DNA from: the human T2T-CHM13v2.0 reference genome, Homo sapiens
Strand: one strand, 5' to 3'
Assembly (NCBI RefSeq): GCF_009914755.1
Contig: NC_060935.1
DNA length: 64,000 nt
Part shown: piece after piece, positions 57,046 through 64,000 of the stretch
Layout of the letters: each line of letters begins with the position of its first letter
How positions within the stretch are numbered: position 1 is the stretch's first letter
Notes under the pieces: generated by a model
Told to the model about the DNA's origin: nothing
The model's input: only the letters and a program-made list of their open reading frames with translations
The model's database searches: none
Position numbers and translations under genes: made by a program

Positions 57046-57250
57046 TGTGTGTGTTTGTGTGTGTGTGTGTACACATGCACACAATATGTAAATATTTCTG
57101 TGTGTACATACATATAAGTATGCATACACATGTTCGCTACAGATAAATCAATACTTATACGTGTATGTAGGTAGATATATATACACACATGTATAGGTAT
57201 GTATTTATACATCATATATGTATATGTAGATATACATATTATATATAAGA
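57046..57250. repeat. (TG)n/(TA)n low-complexity tract
   Basis: Direct reading. A similar tract lies at 32020-32102. Confidence 0.85.
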
Positions 57251-57629
57251 TATTTGCTCATGATGTATTCATTAGTCTTCTAGTGTTTTCTCACCTCTGC
57301 CAAATCTGGAAGAGGCAGGCTAGATCACTCGTAACATTTGCAAGGCCTAGGGCAAGAGTAAAAATGAAGGCTTACTTATCAAATGACCACATATTTAGAA
57401 GCTATAAGTCAAGTTAATAAACTGTTAAGTAAAATGTTTTATCTTCTTACCTTGACAATTTTATCTTTATAATAACCAGAAAGGCCAGGTTCAAATGTAG
57501 AATTCTTGTATCCCTCAGAGCTCTGTACCATAAGTAATGGTATGGGAAAAGCTAGTACCTGGCCCAAGGTCTGCCCTCCTTATCTTCTCATCTGCCATGA
57601 CCTGAATGTTGTGGCCACTCAGAATTTGA

Positions 57630-58001
57630 TCATGGGTCTTTGAGATGTGACTGGATCATGAGGATGGAGCCCTCATGAATGGGAGTACTGCTTTTATAGA
57701 AAGAGGTCCTGGGGGCCGGGCGCGGTGGCTCACGCCTGTAATCCCAGCACTTTGGGAGGCCGAGGCGGGTGGATCATGAGGTCAGGAGATCGAGACCATC
57801 CTGGCTAACAAGGTGAAACCCCGTCTCTACTAAAAATACAAAAAATTAGCCGGGCGCGGTGGCGGGCGCCTGTAGTCCCAGCTACTGGGGAGGCTGAGGC
57901 AGGAGAATGGCGTTGAACCCGGGAAGCGGAGCTTGCAGTGAGCCGAGATTGCGCCACTGCAGTCCGCAGTCCAGCCTGGGCGACAGAGCGAGACTCCGTC
58001 T

Positions 58002-58039
<38 letters not shown>

Positions 58040-58255
58040 AAGAGGTCCTGGGGAGCTGCCTTGTTCCTTCCAGCATGTGAGGATTCAGTAAGAAGGCACC
58101 ATCTATGAACCAGGAAGCAGGCCCTAACCAGACACCAAATCTGCCAGCACTTTGATCTTAGACTTGCTAGACTCCAGAACTATGAGAGATAAATTTCTGT
58201 TGTTTTTAAGCCATCCTGTTTATAATATTTTTTTCTAGTTGTACAGACTGAGGTA
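57630..58255 (+). mobile_element. MST/MLT1A-type MaLR LTR interrupted by AluYb
   Basis: GGATGGAGCCCTCATGAATGGGA...CTGCCAGCACTTTGATCTTAGACTT..AGAACTATGAGAGATAAATTTCTG. Confidence 0.8.
57714..58037 (+). mobile_element. AluYb lineage (Yb11-type), human-specific
   Basis: 7-bp duplication GCAGTCCGCAGTCC, CTAACAAGG, CTACTGGGG and GGCGTTGAACC. CpGs intact, pure A35 tail, 16-bp TSD AGAAAGAGGTCCTGGG. Confidence 0.95.
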
Positions 58256-58649
58256 TCACTTCTTACTAGTGCACATGTTAACTAATGCATTCAAGCTGCA
58301 TTTATACTCTCTGCAATGAGTCACTCTTGACTATACCTTGAGTCTAGGTATGGGCATTCCAACAACACAGTCCACTCTTGTGAGAATGGAAAGAGGCCTG
58401 TGAAGGCCAGGTAGGTGGCTTCAGGAATAACTGGGCATGGAATTCCAGGGTCCTAAACACCCAGAGTGTGGTCTATAAGCAGGGAGTGGGTCTAGGGCAG
58501 GACTCCAAATGGGCAAATCTCCTTGACCCCAAAGACATCTCAACTTATGGAGAAGAGCATAGCCAGCAGAGGACAATATATATATTGCTAACAGTGCTAT
58601 AGTGCTAGTGACACTTCAATGAGGTATAAATCTGCCTCAATCATAATAT

Positions 58650-59340
58650 ATTATTTTTTCAATACACCAGCTGTGAATATTCTCTTTAGAATTTTTTTGC
58701 ATAGCTATTCATAAGTCAGATTAGCTTACTTTCATTTGGATGCTACTTACTAGGCTTGGGTATTAAGTTTATATTAGATTTATTAAATTATTTGGGAAAC
58801 TTTTCACTTACATATTTTGGAACAGTTTGAATAATTTAGATAGGATTATATGATCCTTAATAGTTTAGTTAGAGCTTCATTGTAAAATAACCACTCTATT
58901 CTTTTTAATTTTCATTTTTTAAAGTGGTAGATCTTTGAAAAACCTTTTTAATCTGTTGTGTTCAGGTAGGCTACTTTTTCTCGAGTCAATTTTGGTAATT
59001 TATACTGTGCTGGAAAAATTATCCATATCACCTAGATTTGAAATTTTATTGACAATATTTTACATAATATTTTATAATTACTTTTACTATTTTCATAACT
59101 ATGATTATATCTTCTTTTTTATCCCTGATGTACATATTTGTCCTGCATTTTTTTCTTAGTCAAACTTGCAAAAGTGTTGGGCTTATCTATCATTTCTGCT
59201 GGTATTTTGTTTTGTGATTATTTCAGCTTTTTGTCTTTATTGATTCCCTCATATTTCTTTTACTTTGTTTCTGTTTTAATATCTTACATTGAATACTTAG
59301 TTCATTTGTGTTGACATTTTTGAATACAAACATCTAAGGC
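58650..59340 (-). mobile_element. old L1M fragment
   Basis: T-rich degenerate L1 ORF2 antisense. Confidence 0.5.
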
Positions 59341-60364
59341 TAGAGAAGGGTGCAGGGTCGTAAATAGGGAACGAAGCCAAGGGTCAGGAGGAGGACAGAA
59401 AAAGAGGTGAAGAGAAGGGGTAGGGAACCACCTGAGGGACTTGGAGTGTTAATGACAAGTGGCATAGAATGTCTACAACTTAGTTGTCTGGGTCACATGT
59501 CACAAAACACTGCCATCAGGACACTCTGCCTGCCTCCACAGGTGCTGCATCCAATTCTTGTCTCCATTTTGGCCATGAGCACAACAGAAATCCGAATCAA
59601 CAATGTATATTGCATTTTTGATCCAAGACTTCTAGTTTCATAGTTCAGTAAAAAAATTTAAGTAGGAACAACAAAAAGTTCTGCCAATTTTTATATTGTG
59701 AAGTAAGGATTAAATATACATGCATAACAATTTACTAACAGCTATTTCGCCAGACTTAGGACATTCAAACATACAAAAGTGAGAAGGTGAAAATCACAAC
59801 ATAAGTTTTATTGAGTTTACAATGTGGTTTGCAGAATCCCAGTTCTAGCATCACAAGGCAAAATATAAAAGGATGAGTTTGAAGCTGAGTTATAATAGCT
59901 TAACAATCATCTCACTTGCTGGACATGGGGGAAACTTGGTGAGCCCTACTTGATTTAGGTTTAGGTCCCCAATTTTGTGTTCTAGAAGTAAGCATGAAAT
60001 GGAGTTTGTAAGTCCATCACAGAGACTATAATGCAGCTTTGATTTATCCCAATCCTTGAAAATTAAGGTGAATTAACAGTGCCAACACCTGGCAGTGGCA
60101 AATACCAATCCTCCCAGGAAGAAAGGATAATGTATGTCACAAATTTTTTCCCAAAGAAGTTTTGTAAAGAACGGCATCCTGGACTGAATAAAAACAATCC
60201 AGGAACACAAGGAGACAAAACAATAAGAATGAAAGCTACTAGAAGCAAAACTGATAGGGCTTCATATATTGGAGTTATCAGATATAGACACTTAAATAAT
60301 GGTGATTATGATATTGAAGGAAATAAAATGCAATTTCTTGAGCTTAAGCAGAGAATTGAAAGCT

Positions 60365-64000
<3,636 letters not shown>

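Overview
Human (primate) gene-poor genomic DNA. Human origin is inferred from a human-specific AluYb element. About two thirds of the window is recognisable interspersed repeat: Alu, L1, L2/MIR, ERV1/ERVL/MaLR LTRs and DNA transposon fossils. I found no intact host protein-coding exon. The main non-repeat feature is an intronless CENPU (MLF1IP/PBIP1) processed pseudogene at ~22225-24562 (+). Its 3' end carries, antisense, the last coding exon of PRIMPOL (the RPA-binding C-terminus), which is still an open frame with an in-frame ATG and a same-strand LTR just upstream. Other notable items: (1) a TSD-flanked L1PB whose short 5'UTR looks spliced (SpIRE-like); (2) an LTR7/HERV-H fragment apparently retroposed by L1 (A-rich tail plus 16-bp TSD); (3) a pristine AluYb11-type insertion; (4) several templated or fold-back micro-insertions; (5) a young L1PA2/3 running off the right edge. 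Repeat subfamily names are from recalled consensus sequences, not a RepeatMasker/Dfam run. Nothing here is proven to be a new biological system; the findings are hypotheses.
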